64,000 nucleotides of DNA, from the NCBI GenBank assembly GCA_963702435.1, contig CAVPCR010000001.1:928001-992000 (forward strand), written 5' to 3'. The translations under genes and the position numbers were made by a program. Shown piece by piece: positions 25,434 through 34,343 of the stretch. Position 1 is the first letter of the stretch. Every line of letters starts with the position of its first letter. Origin of the DNA: Candidatus Eiseniibacteriota bacterium (GTDB lineage: Bacteria; Eisenbacteria; RBG-16-71-46; CAVPCR01). Below the pieces are notes generated by a model that saw nothing but the letters and a program-made list of their open reading frames with translations, was not told the DNA's origin and did no database searches.

Positions 25434-26945
25434 ATGTGCGACACGGCCTCCGCCGACCCGGCCGAGCGCGGCGGCGCAACCGCCGGCGGGTTCGGGTTCG
25501 CCTTCAGGTCCGCGCCCGACGCCGATCCGACCCCCGAGTCCCTCCATCGCGAGTTCCAGGCCCAGGCGTCCCTCGCCAACTGGAATAGCTGGCGCCTCCT
25601 CGTCCTCATCCGGCGCATGGATGCCTGTTCCGGCCACGAGCACTACGGCTGCTCGACCCTCGCCCAGTACCTCGAGCTGGTCTGCGGCGTGACCGGCACC
25701 GCGGCGCGCGAGCGCATCCGCGTGGCCTTCGCGCTCGAGGTCTTACCCGCGATCGAGCAGGCCTTCGCGCGCGGCGAGATCTCGTACTCCAAGGTGCGCG
25801 CGGTGAGCCGGGTGGCGACCGCCGAGACCGAGGCCGAATGGCTCGCCGCCGCCCGCAAGCGGACCGCCGAGGAGATCGAGGTGATGGTGGCGCGCACGAC
25901 GCGCGGCGAGCCGCTCCGCCGGCGCCTCCTCACCCGCGCCATGAACGCGCACACGACGCGCATGGTCGTCGACCTCCCCGCCGAGGAGATGGCGCTCGTC
26001 ATTCGCGCCCTCGACCGCGTCAGGCGGGAGGCGGGCGGCAAGCTCACCGGATCCGAGGCCCTCGTCTACCTCGCCGCCGATTCGCTTTCCGGCGAGGTCG
26101 GCGAGACCAGGACCGCGGAGCGCTACCAGGTCGTCGTGCACGTGGGCGAGGACGGCGCCGCCTACGTCGAGACCGACGATGCGGCCGGGCGCGCCCCGCT
26201 CCGGCCCGCGGTCATCGAGCGCCTCCTCTGCGACGTGGCGCTCCGTGTCGCGCGCGACGAGAAGGACGGACCGCGCCTGAGCCGGCGGTCGCGCGTGATC
26301 CCGGAGCTCCTCCGCCGCGCGGTGCTCCTCCGGGACGGCGGTCGGTGCCGCGTTCCGGGATGCCGGCGCCGGCTGTGGCTGGATCTGCATCATCTCGTCC
26401 CGGTGTGGCAGGGCGGGCGGACCATCCGCTCCAACCTGATCTCGATCTGCCGATTCCATCACACGATGGTGCATGAGGGCTTCCTGCGATGCGAGCTGGA
26501 CGCCGGGGGCGAATTCCAGTTCCGGGCGGTGAATGCCGACTGGGTGCTCGGTGACAGCGAGCCCATCGACGACGAGGAGCTCTGGGCGCGGGTCGCTGAG
26601 GGCGAGGAGGCCACGGCACGCGAGGACGATCCCGATTGCGGCGAGGCGGATGGGACCGAGTCGGCGGAGGCGGCGGCCGCGGCCGGACAGGACCCCGAGG
26701 AGGTGCGCTCCACATTCTATGGAGCGCGGCGGCGGCGGCCGTGGGAGGTGCACGAGCGAGGGGCGGTCTACCGGGCGGGAGCCTGCCGGGCTGAGGTCCA
26801 CCGGGCGCGAAATGTTCCAGCTGGAACATTCGCGAGGCGGACCGGCCGCGTTCCAGCTGGAACATGCGCGGGAGGGACCGCCGGAGGGGCGGACGTTCCC
26901 CGTTGCGGCGGCCCGCCGGGCCGCGTAACCTCATCTACCTCATGA
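25434..26945 (+). CDS. DUF222 + HNH endonuclease
   Basis: ARERIRVAFAL..LP.I...F..GEISYSKVRA; RDGGRCRVPGC..LHH..GG....NL..ICRFHH; GAAGGAG RBS. Confidence 0.88.
   Translation: MCDTASADPAERGGATAGGFGFAFRSAPDADPTPESLHREFQAQASLANWNSWRLLVLIRRMDACSGHEHYGCSTLAQYLELVCGVTGTAARERIRVAFALEVLPAIEQAFARGEISYSKVRAVSRVATAETEAEWLAAARKRTAEEIEVMVARTTRGEPLRRRLLTRAMNAHTTRMVVDLPAEEMALVIRALDRVRREAGGKLTGSEALVYLAADSLSGEVGETRTAERYQVVVHVGEDGAAYVETDDAAGRAPLRPAVIERLLCDVALRVARDEKDGPRLSRRSRVIPELLRRAVLLRDGGRCRVPGCRRRLWLDLHHLVPVWQGGRTIRSNLISICRFHHTMVHEGFLRCELDAGGEFQFRAVNADWVLGDSEPIDDEELWARVAEGEEATAREDDPDCGEADGTESAEAAAAAGQDPEEVRSTFYGARRRRPWEVHERGAVYRAGACRAEVHRARNVPAGTFARRTGRVPAGTCAGGTAGGADVPRCGGPPGRVTSSTS
26811..26863. repeat. 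two perfect palindromes with core GTTCCAGCTGGAAC
   Basis: AATGTTCCAGCTGGAACATT at 26811-26830 and GTTCCAGCTGGAAC at 26850-26863. Confidence 0.9.
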
Positions 26946-28438
26946 AGGTCCTGGTGGCCAACCGCGGCGAGATCGCCTGCCGCATCCTCCATACGCTCGC
27001 CGAGATGGGGATCCCGTCGGTCGCCGTCCACACGGACGTCGACCGCGAGTCGCCGCATGTCTGGCTTGCCGGGGAGGCCGTGGCGCTCGGCGCGACCGAC
27101 GGCTATCTCAAACCCGACCTGATCCTCGGCGCCGCGCGGGCAACCGGCGCGACGGCGATCCATCCCGGCTACGGATTCCTGTCGCAGAACGCGGCCTTCG
27201 CCCGCGCCTGCCGCGAGGCGGGGATCCGCTTCATCGGCCCCTCCCCCGAATCCATGCTCGCCCTCGGCGAGAAGCGGGCCGCACGCACGACCGCGGAGGC
27301 CGCCGGCGTGCCGGTCATTCCCGGCGCCAAGGAATGCGACACGCTCGACGACGCGAGGCGCGCCGCCGATCGCGTCGGCTATCCGATCCTCTTGAAGGCC
27401 GCGGGCGGCGGCGGCGGCAAGGGCATGCGCCTCGTCCGCTCGGCGGACGAGCTCGCCGAGGCCTTCGCCGGCGCCAAGCGCGAGTCCCTCGGCGCCTTCG
27501 CCGACGACCGCCTCCTCGTCGAGCGCTACGTGCATCCCGCGCGCCACATCGAGGTGCAGATCCTCGGCGACGGGAAGGACGCGATCGCCCTCGCTGAGCG
27601 CGAGTGCAGCCTCCAGCGCCGCTACCAGAAGGTGATCGAGGAATCGCCATCGAACGCGATCAGCGAGCGCATGCGCGAGGCGCTGTGCGCCGCGGCGGTC
27701 GCCCTCGCCCGCGCCGTCCACTACGAGAGCGCAGGCACGGTCGAGTTCCTGGTCGGCCCGAACGAGGACTTCTACTTCCTCGAGGTGAACACCCGCCTGC
27801 AAGTCGAGCATCCGGTGACGGAGCTCCGCACCGGGATCGATCTCGTCGGCGCGCAGGTCGAGATCGCGCGCGGCGGAAAGCTGCCGGCGCCGCCCGCCCC
27901 GCGCGGCCACGCGATCGAGGCGCGCCTCTACGCCGAGGATCCGTACCGCGGATTCTTGCCGGCGACCGGGAAGATCCTGATGCTCGAGTGGCCCCTCCGG
28001 CCGCACGTGCGCGTGGACACCGGGATCCGTGCGGGGCAGGAGATCCTGCCCTTCTACGATCCGATCCTCGCCAAGATCATCACCTGGGGCGAGGATCGCG
28101 AGGAAGCGCGCCGGCGCCTCGTCTCGGCACTCCGCGAGACGGTGCTCCTCGGGCTTGCCACCAATCAGTCCTTCCTCCTCGACATCCTCGAGAGCGACTT
28201 CTTCATCCGCGGCGAGACCTACACGACGACCCTCGAGGCGAACACGTGGCCCGCGCCGGCGGTGCCGGAAGCGATCGCGGCCGCCGCGGCAGAGGCGCTC
28301 CGCACGCTGCGCCCGGGCGGCGCCGCGACCGGAGCGGCCGACGGACCGGGCCTCGACCGCCGCGGCGATCCCTTCTCGCCCTGGCGCACGCTCGGCCCCT
28401 TCCGGATGAGCGAGACCACGGCGGGAGGCGGCGCATGA
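26942..28438 (+). CDS. biotin carboxylase subunit of an acyl-CoA (methylcrotonyl-CoA-like) carboxylase
   Basis: MKVLVANRGEIA, IHPGYGFLS, GGGGKGMR, ECSLQRRYQK, EVNTRLQVEH, RLYAEDP. Confidence 0.95.
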   Translation: MKVLVANRGEIACRILHTLAEMGIPSVAVHTDVDRESPHVWLAGEAVALGATDGYLKPDLILGAARATGATAIHPGYGFLSQNAAFARACREAGIRFIGPSPESMLALGEKRAARTTAEAAGVPVIPGAKECDTLDDARRAADRVGYPILLKAAGGGGGKGMRLVRSADELAEAFAGAKRESLGAFADDRLLVERYVHPARHIEVQILGDGKDAIALAERECSLQRRYQKVIEESPSNAISERMREALCAAAVALARAVHYESAGTVEFLVGPNEDFYFLEVNTRLQVEHPVTELRTGIDLVGAQVEIARGGKLPAPPAPRGHAIEARLYAEDPYRGFLPATGKILMLEWPLRPHVRVDTGIRAGQEILPFYDPILAKIITWGEDREEARRRLVSALRETVLLGLATNQSFLLDILESDFFIRGETYTTTLEANTWPAPAVPEAIAAAAAEALRTLRPGGAATGAADGPGLDRRGDPFSPWRTLGPFRMSETTAGGGA

Positions 28439-28830
28439 CCTGGATCGACGTCGAGATCGATGGGAAGCGCGTGCGGCTCGCTGCGGCGCGCACGCGCGAC
28501 GGCGTGTGGATCGGCTGGGCGGGGCGCACGATCTACGTCGAGGAGGAGAAGCGACGCGCCGCCGGTCGCTCGAGCGAGGCGCTGCACGACGAGATCCGCG
28601 CGCCGATGACCGGCAAGGTGGTCGCGATCCGCGTCGCCGCCGGTGAGGCGGTCGATGAGGGCGCCGTGCTCGTCGTCCTCGAGGCGATGAAGATGGAGTA
28701 CCGGCTGACCGCGCCGCGCGCCGGCGTGGTCGAGAAGATCCAGTGCGCCGAGGGCGAGCTCGTGGATCTCGGGAAGGCGCTGGTCACGCTCCTCGAGCTT
28801 CCCGCGCCTCCGTCGCCGCCTCCCGCATGA
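28435..28830 (+). CDS. biotin carboxyl carrier protein
   Basis: APMTGKV, LEAMKME biotinylation motif; ATGA overlap with the upstream gene. Confidence 0.92.
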   Translation: MTWIDVEIDGKRVRLAAARTRDGVWIGWAGRTIYVEEEKRRAAGRSSEALHDEIRAPMTGKVVAIRVAAGEAVDEGAVLVVLEAMKMEYRLTAPRAGVVEKIQCAEGELVDLGKALVTLLELPAPPSPPPA

Positions 28831-29678
28831 TCCGGATCGTCGAGGTCGGCCCGCGTGACGGGCTGCAGAACGAGCCGCATCTCCTCCCGACCGCGGCCAA
28901 GATCGCCTTCGTCGACGCGCTCTCGGCCACGCGCGTCGCCGAGATCGAGGCGAGCGCCTTCGTCTCGCCGCGCTGGGTCCCGCAGCTCGCCGACGCCGAG
29001 GCCGTCTTCGCCGGCATCACGCGCCGACCTGGTGTCGTCTACTCGGCGCTCGTGCCGAACGAGCACGGGCTCGATCGCGCCCTCGCCGCGCACGCCGAGA
29101 AGATCGCGCTCTTCACGGCGGCCAGCGAGACCTTCAACCGGAAGAACATCAACGCGACGATCGACGAGTCGATCGCGCGCTTCGTCCCGGTCGCCCGCCG
29201 CGCGCACGCGGCGGCCCTTCCTCTCCGTGCCTACGTCTCGACCGCGTTCTGGTGTCCCTACGAGGGGAGGATCGCACCGTCAGTCGTCGTTCCGGTCATC
29301 GATCGGCTCTTCGAGCTCGGCGCCGAGGAGGTCTCGATCGGCGACACGATCGGGAAAGCCACGCCGGCCGACGTGAACGCGCTCCTCGATCTCCTCCTCC
29401 CGCGCATCCCGCCGGAGCGCCTCGCCCTGCATTTCCACGACACGTACGGCCATGCCGCCGCGAACGTGCGCGCCGCGCTCGCTCGCGGTATCGAGACCTT
29501 CGACTCGAGCGCGGGCGGCATCGGCGGCTGCCCGTACGCGCCCGGGGCGTCCGGGAACATCGCGACCGAGATCCTCGCCGACACGCTCGAGGCGGCGGGC
29601 GCCGCGGTCGCAATCGATCGCGACGCGCTCGCCCGCGCCAGCGCGCTCATCGGCGCCGCGCTCGGGCCGCGGGAGTGA
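28827..29678 (+). CDS. hydroxymethylglutaryl-CoA lyase
   Basis: EVGPRDGLQNE, FVSPRWVPQ, GDTIG, HFHDTYG, GGCPYAPGASGN. Confidence 0.95.
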   Translation: MIRIVEVGPRDGLQNEPHLLPTAAKIAFVDALSATRVAEIEASAFVSPRWVPQLADAEAVFAGITRRPGVVYSALVPNEHGLDRALAAHAEKIALFTAASETFNRKNINATIDESIARFVPVARRAHAAALPLRAYVSTAFWCPYEGRIAPSVVVPVIDRLFELGAEEVSIGDTIGKATPADVNALLDLLLPRIPPERLALHFHDTYGHAAANVRAALARGIETFDSSAGGIGGCPYAPGASGNIATEILADTLEAAGAAVAIDRDALARASALIGAALGPRE

Positions 29679-29696
29679 GAACAGCTGAGCCCGTGG

Positions 29697-30035
29697 TCAC
29701 GCGCCCCGGGCTCGGGTCGGCCGCTTTCGCGCCGGCTTCCTGTCTGCCGCTGCTTGCACGCGCCTGCCAGACCGCTCTCGACTGATGAGGGGATAATCCT
29801 CGGGATGGTCGATTGAATCGAGGTGGAGATCGACATCCAGATCGGGCCAGTAGAGGTGATGTGGTTGCGGGCGCTCCACGTGAAGGATGCCGGCCACAGA
29901 AGCATCTCGAAACCACGGAAAGTCCTTGAACGACAGGAATATCTCGCGGTCGCCCAGGAAGAGCCAGACCCCATGGGCCGTGATTCCTGACACCTCAACC
30001 TGGGAAGTGACGGCGCCACGCCGTACGGATTTCAC
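29697..30035 (-). CDS. DUF2442 protein (putative TA partner)
   Basis: HGVWL, FLSFKDFPWF, HLYWPDLDVDL, PEDYPL. Confidence 0.85.
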   Translation of the reverse strand: MKSVRRGAVTSQVEVSGITAHGVWLFLGDREIFLSFKDFPWFRDASVAGILHVERPQPHHLYWPDLDVDLHLDSIDHPEDYPLISRERSGRRVQAAADRKPARKRPTRARGA

Positions 30036-30234
30036 CCTCGTGCTCCTGTATCAGTCTGCGAGCCCTGGCCAGACGCTGCGTGGAAAGACCGTAGTTCTGA
30101 GCCAGTGTGATCACCGGATCGAGCCAGAACTTCGCCTCACCCGTCGGGTGCTGAACGTGAACATGAGCCCGCCTCTCCTCGCGCGAGAAGAAGAAGAAAC
30201 GGTACGCGCCCTCGCGAAACACCGTCGGGCTCAT
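29995..30234 (-). CDS. DUF4160 protein (putative TA partner)
   Basis: MSPTVFREGAYRFFFFSREE..HVHV..GEAKFWL..AWRRHF. Confidence 0.9.
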   Translation of the reverse strand: MSPTVFREGAYRFFFFSREERRAHVHVQHPTGEAKFWLDPVITLAQNYGLSTQRLARARRLIQEHEGEIRTAWRRHFPG

Positions 30235-30348
30235 CGGCAGATTCTACTCCATCGATGGGGTACAGGACCATGCGCCTGGGTAAAGCCAGCCTGCTCTCCT
30301 CACCGGCTCGTCCCGGTGCGCGCACGGGAACGCTGGCTGCCCACCCCG

Positions 30349-30870
30349 TCAGAAGTCGTCCTCGCGGCGATGCCGCATCGCGCGGCGTAACGCCCGCTCG
30401 AAGATCGCAAAGTGCTCCTCGTCCCAGAGCACAAAATGGATGTTCGAGATCGACGAACCGGCAGCGACGAAGTCGGCGATGGCCCGGCACATGGCGCGCG
30501 CCGCTTCCCGCACCGGCACTCCCGCGCTGCCAGTGCCGAGAGCCGGAAAGGCCAGACGTTCCACCCCGAGTTCGGCAGCCCGCTCGAGCACCTTCAGCGT
30601 GCACTCATGGATATCCGGAGGCACATCCCCGACCACCGCGACATGGAAAATGCGCTCGATCAATAGATCCCCACCTCCGGTCACCACCACGTCCCCCACC
30701 CGGACCGGCGCCCTGCTGATTGCTTCCTCCTCGACCTCCGGTCCCGCCTCGGCGAGGATCGCAGCGGCGACACCGCCGCCCATGACCATGGAAGTGTTGG
30801 CCGAATTCACGATGGCATCGACGTCCTGTTCGGTGATCGAGCCGATGACGATCTGCACATCCGCCACCAA
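30349..30870 (-). CDS. macro domain (ADP-ribose binding/hydrolase) protein
   Basis: DAIVNSAN, GGGVAAAI, IFHVAV, AFPALGTG. Confidence 0.9.
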   Translation of the reverse strand: MVADVQIVIGSITEQDVDAIVNSANTSMVMGGGVAAAILAEAGPEVEEEAISRAPVRVGDVVVTGGGDLLIERIFHVAVVGDVPPDIHECTLKVLERAAELGVERLAFPALGTGSAGVPVREAARAMCRAIADFVAAGSSISNIHFVLWDEEHFAIFERALRRAMRHRREDDF

Positions 30871-32145
30871 TCAACCTCCTGTACCCGCCCCCACGACGCG
30901 GAGGATGCGATCGTCCTCGCGCGCCGGATCGCCGCGGCCGTCGCGGTTGCTGGTCCCGAAGTAGAGCGCACCGTCCGGCCCCTCGCCCACGGCGCGGAGG
31001 CGACCGTGGAGCCCGTCCCCGAAGTCGGTCTCGAAAAGCCGCTCGACCGCGATCGGCCGCGTGCGCGTCTCCGGATCGAGCACCACGCGCACGAGCGTCT
31101 CGCCACGGAGGCTCGCGAAGAAGAGGTTCCCCGCCCACTCCGGCACCAGCCGCCCCGAGTAGACGACGAGCCCCGCCGGCGGCAGATGCCGCTTCGGGAA
31201 CACGAGCCGTGGATCGACGTAGCCGGCGAGAGCCGGCGCGCCGACCGCGACCGGCCAGCCGTAGTTCTTGCCGGCGGCGATCAGGTTGAGCTCATCGTTC
31301 CCGCGCACGCCCCACCATTCGCCCGAGGGCCCGTGCTCGGTCGCCCACAGGCGGCCGTTCGACGGATCGAAGGCGAGGCCCTGCGGATTCCGGTGGCCGA
31401 GGCTCCACACCGGCGACTCCGCACCGAACGGGTTGTCGGCCGGGATCGAACCATCTGCGTCGAGGCGCAGGATCTTGCCGCCGAGATTCGTGAGATCCTG
31501 CGCGATCTCCTTCTTCCAGGTCTCGCCGGTCGCGACATAGAGCTTCCCGTCGGGGCCGAAGGCGAGCTGGCAGCCGTCGTGCACGCGGCCCCCGGGCAGG
31601 TGATCGAGGATCACCTCCTGCCGCCCGGCGCGCCCGTTCTCCTCGCGCACGCGGACGACGCGGTTCTCGAGATCGCCGTCCGCGTTCTCGACGGTCATCG
31701 CGAAGTAGAGCCAGGACTGGGCGGCGAAGTCCGGGTCGACCGCCATCCCCATGAGCCCCGCCTCTCCCGTCCTCGCCACGTCGAAGGTGATCCAGGGCGC
31801 CGGCGCGAGCTGTCCGCCCGCGGCGATCACGCGCACGCGCCCCGGGCGTTCGGTCACGAACATCCGCCCATCCGGCGTCCATGCGAGGTCCCACGGCGCC
31901 TCGAGGCCGCTCGCGACGACCTCGACGCGCACCCCCGCGGGGTGCGTCACCCGCATCTCGGCCGGGCTCACCGGGCGGCCGCCGATCGTCGGCCCGCCGG
32001 GCCGCTTCTCAACCACGCCCTCGGCGACGGTCACCGCGGGCACCACCTCGACCGCGGCGCCCGGGGCGGGCTTCTCCGCCGCGCCGACCGGACCGGCGGC
32101 GCCGACCATCAGAGCGCACAGCAAACACCGCACGTGAAACTCCAT
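30871..32145 (-). CDS. PQQ-dependent (GSDH-type) sugar dehydrogenase
   Basis: GLEAPWDLAW, FVTERPG, HDG..LAFGPDGKLY, GKILR, GHRNPQG, TEHGP, NYGWP. Confidence 0.9.
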   Translation of the reverse strand: MEFHVRCLLCALMVGAAGPVGAAEKPAPGAAVEVVPAVTVAEGVVEKRPGGPTIGGRPVSPAEMRVTHPAGVRVEVVASGLEAPWDLAWTPDGRMFVTERPGRVRVIAAGGQLAPAPWITFDVARTGEAGLMGMAVDPDFAAQSWLYFAMTVENADGDLENRVVRVREENGRAGRQEVILDHLPGGRVHDGCQLAFGPDGKLYVATGETWKKEIAQDLTNLGGKILRLDADGSIPADNPFGAESPVWSLGHRNPQGLAFDPSNGRLWATEHGPSGEWWGVRGNDELNLIAAGKNYGWPVAVGAPALAGYVDPRLVFPKRHLPPAGLVVYSGRLVPEWAGNLFFASLRGETLVRVVLDPETRTRPIAVERLFETDFGDGLHGRLRAVGEGPDGALYFGTSNRDGRGDPAREDDRILRVVGAGTGG

Positions 32146-32249
32146 CTTCCGCACCTCTCCGCAGTCGGCCCTTGTCAATCGCGCGCCTCGAAAGTAGCAT
32201 GCGCGCTGGGCGGCCGGCGTCCCGGACGCCGCCGGGGAGGATGGAGCAC

Positions 32250-33488
32250 ATGAAAGCCTGGTTCTGCGCCGGAGCATCCCTGGCATTCGTTCTTGCGCTC
32301 TCCGTACCGCTTCTCGCCGAGGACTGCGTCGACTGCCATCAGAAGGAAACACCCAGCATCGTCTCCGACTGGAAGCTGTCCAAGCACAGCTCACAGGATG
32401 TGACCTGCGCGGCCTGTCACGGCGTCGAGCACCACTCGGCCGCAGACGTCGCCAAGGTCGCGATCCCCACGCCCGAGACCTGCGCCGCGTGTCACGACAC
32501 CCAGGTCCAGCAGTTCAAGCGCGGCAAGCACGCCGCCGCCTGGGCCGCGATGCAGGCCATGCCGACGATCCACGCCCAGCCCGTGGCGATGACCGAGGGC
32601 ATGAAGGGCTGCGGCGGCTGTCACAAGATCGGGCTCAAGACCGCGCTCGAGATCGAGGATCTCCGCGCGAGCGGCTCGGTCTTCGGCACCGCGTCGTGCG
32701 ACGCCTGCCACACCCGCCACACGTTCTCCAGGGCGGAGGCGCGCGAACCGCAGGCCTGCCGGACCTGTCACATGGGCTTCGATCATCCGCAGTGGGAGAT
32801 GTACTCGGCGTCGAAGCACGGCGTGCGGCATGCGCTCAAGCAGACCGGCACGCTGCCCGCGGACACGGCGGCGCCCACCTGCCAGACCTGCCACATGCAG
32901 GACGGGAATCACGAGGTGCGGACGGCCTGGGGTTTCCTCGCCGTACGGCTCCCGCTCCCGGCCGACAAGCAGTGGGCCGACGATCGCGCCGCGATCCTCC
33001 AGGGCCTCGGCGTGCTCGATCCCGCCGGGCAGCCGACCGCGCGCCTCGAGGTGGTGAAGGCGGCCGATGTCGCCCGGCTCACCGAGGAGGCCTGGCAGAA
33101 GGAGCGGTCGAAGATGATCGCCGCCTGCGGGCAGTGCCACTCGGAGAACTTCGCCAGGAAGGAGCTCGAGAAGGGCGATCAGATGATTCGCGAGGCCGAT
33201 CACCTGATGGCGGAGGGGATCCGGACCGTGGCCGCGCTCTACAAGGACGGCCTGCTCGAGCCGGCGGCGGGGGCGGCGGCGTTCCCCGATCTCCTCACCT
33301 TCCACGACGCGCCGACCCCGATCGAGCAGCAGCTCTTCGTCATGTTCCTCGAGCACCGCATGCGCACGTTCCAGGGCACGTTCCACGCCAATCCGGACTA
33401 TGCGCTGTGGTACGGCTGGAGCGAGATGCAGCGAGACCTGACCGAGATCAAGACGCTGGCCGCCACGATGCGCGCCGGCAAACACTAA
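32250..33488 (+). CDS. octaheme cytochrome c, hydroxylamine oxidoreductase (HAO) family
   Basis: Signal peptide; 8 CxxCH (CVDCH, CAACH, CAACH, CGGCH, CDACH, CRTCH, CQTCH, CGQCH); CHTRHTFS, CHMGFDHPQWEMY..SKHG. Confidence 0.9.
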   Translation: MKAWFCAGASLAFVLALSVPLLAEDCVDCHQKETPSIVSDWKLSKHSSQDVTCAACHGVEHHSAADVAKVAIPTPETCAACHDTQVQQFKRGKHAAAWAAMQAMPTIHAQPVAMTEGMKGCGGCHKIGLKTALEIEDLRASGSVFGTASCDACHTRHTFSRAEAREPQACRTCHMGFDHPQWEMYSASKHGVRHALKQTGTLPADTAAPTCQTCHMQDGNHEVRTAWGFLAVRLPLPADKQWADDRAAILQGLGVLDPAGQPTARLEVVKAADVARLTEEAWQKERSKMIAACGQCHSENFARKELEKGDQMIREADHLMAEGIRTVAALYKDGLLEPAAGAAAFPDLLTFHDAPTPIEQQLFVMFLEHRMRTFQGTFHANPDYALWYGWSEMQRDLTEIKTLAATMRAGKH

Positions 33489-33540
33489 GGCGCCCGTAGC
33501 AAGACCCGTAGCCGCCCCCCCCGGGGGGGCCGGAGGAAGA

Positions 33541-34281
33541 ATGGATCGTCGATTCCTGGTGTTACCGGCTGTCGTCCTGCTTCTCTCGCTCTTCGTTCTG
33601 AGCTGCGGCGACGACAACGGGGAGAAGCCCAACGTCGAGTTCGAGTTCACACCGAACCAGCTCGCGCTCGCGCTCAAGAACGTGCCCTACACTCAGGTCA
33701 TCTCGGTGAGCGGCGGCGCGGCTCCCTACACTCTGAGCATCAGCGAAGGCTCCGTTCCGCCCGGAATGTCCACCAATCCGACCGATGAGTCGATCACGAT
33801 CGCCGGGACGCCGTCGACCATCGGCACCTTCAGCTTCACGGTCCGGGCCGAGGACAGTGACGGCGCGGTGAGCACAAGGGCCTACTCGATCGGGGTGGTC
33901 CAGGCCTTCGATCTCAATGGCACCTGGAACTACACGATCGACGTCACGGCCGCCGACGGTGTGTGCGCGGGCCAGGAGAATAATCCGCCCTCGACGGATG
34001 CCATCACAGTCACCGAGACCCAGTCCGGCGACCCGTACGTCACCAACGTGACGATGTCCGGATTCCTCGGCGATCCATCGAAGGTGCTCACCGGAACGAG
34101 GACCGGTTCGATCATCACGGTGTCGGGGAGCTATCCCGAGGACGGCGGCACCACGACGACGACCCACAACCTGTATGCCACGGCGGAGAGCGCGCTCGTG
34201 GGCGAGGAGATCTGGTCGTGGAGCGGACCCGGGGGCGATTGCCCGAACGGGCGCGCCTACGTGACGGCGATCCGCCAGTAG
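33541..34281 (+). CDS. lipoprotein with putative Ig (He_PIG-like) domain
   Basis: Lipobox VLSC; SGGAAPY..GSVPPGM..IAGTP..GTFSFTV.AEDSDG. Confidence 0.8.
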   Translation: MDRRFLVLPAVVLLLSLFVLSCGDDNGEKPNVEFEFTPNQLALALKNVPYTQVISVSGGAAPYTLSISEGSVPPGMSTNPTDESITIAGTPSTIGTFSFTVRAEDSDGAVSTRAYSIGVVQAFDLNGTWNYTIDVTAADGVCAGQENNPPSTDAITVTETQSGDPYVTNVTMSGFLGDPSKVLTGTRTGSIITVSGSYPEDGGTTTTTHNLYATAESALVGEEIWSWSGPGGDCPNGRAYVTAIRQ

Positions 34282-34343
34282 TCGGGCGCAGTTCGCAGGG
34301 CCGTTCAGGAGCGGGGGCGGTGCGCAGGCGCCACCCCCGCTTC

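Noticed and set aside
29697..29780. Possible decayed integron attC in the DUF2442 C-terminal tail
   Set aside because: No intact RYYYAAC/GTTRRRY boxes and no integrase in the window
32125..32141. parS half-site CACGTGAAAC
   Set aside because: Left arm missing and it lies inside a CDS
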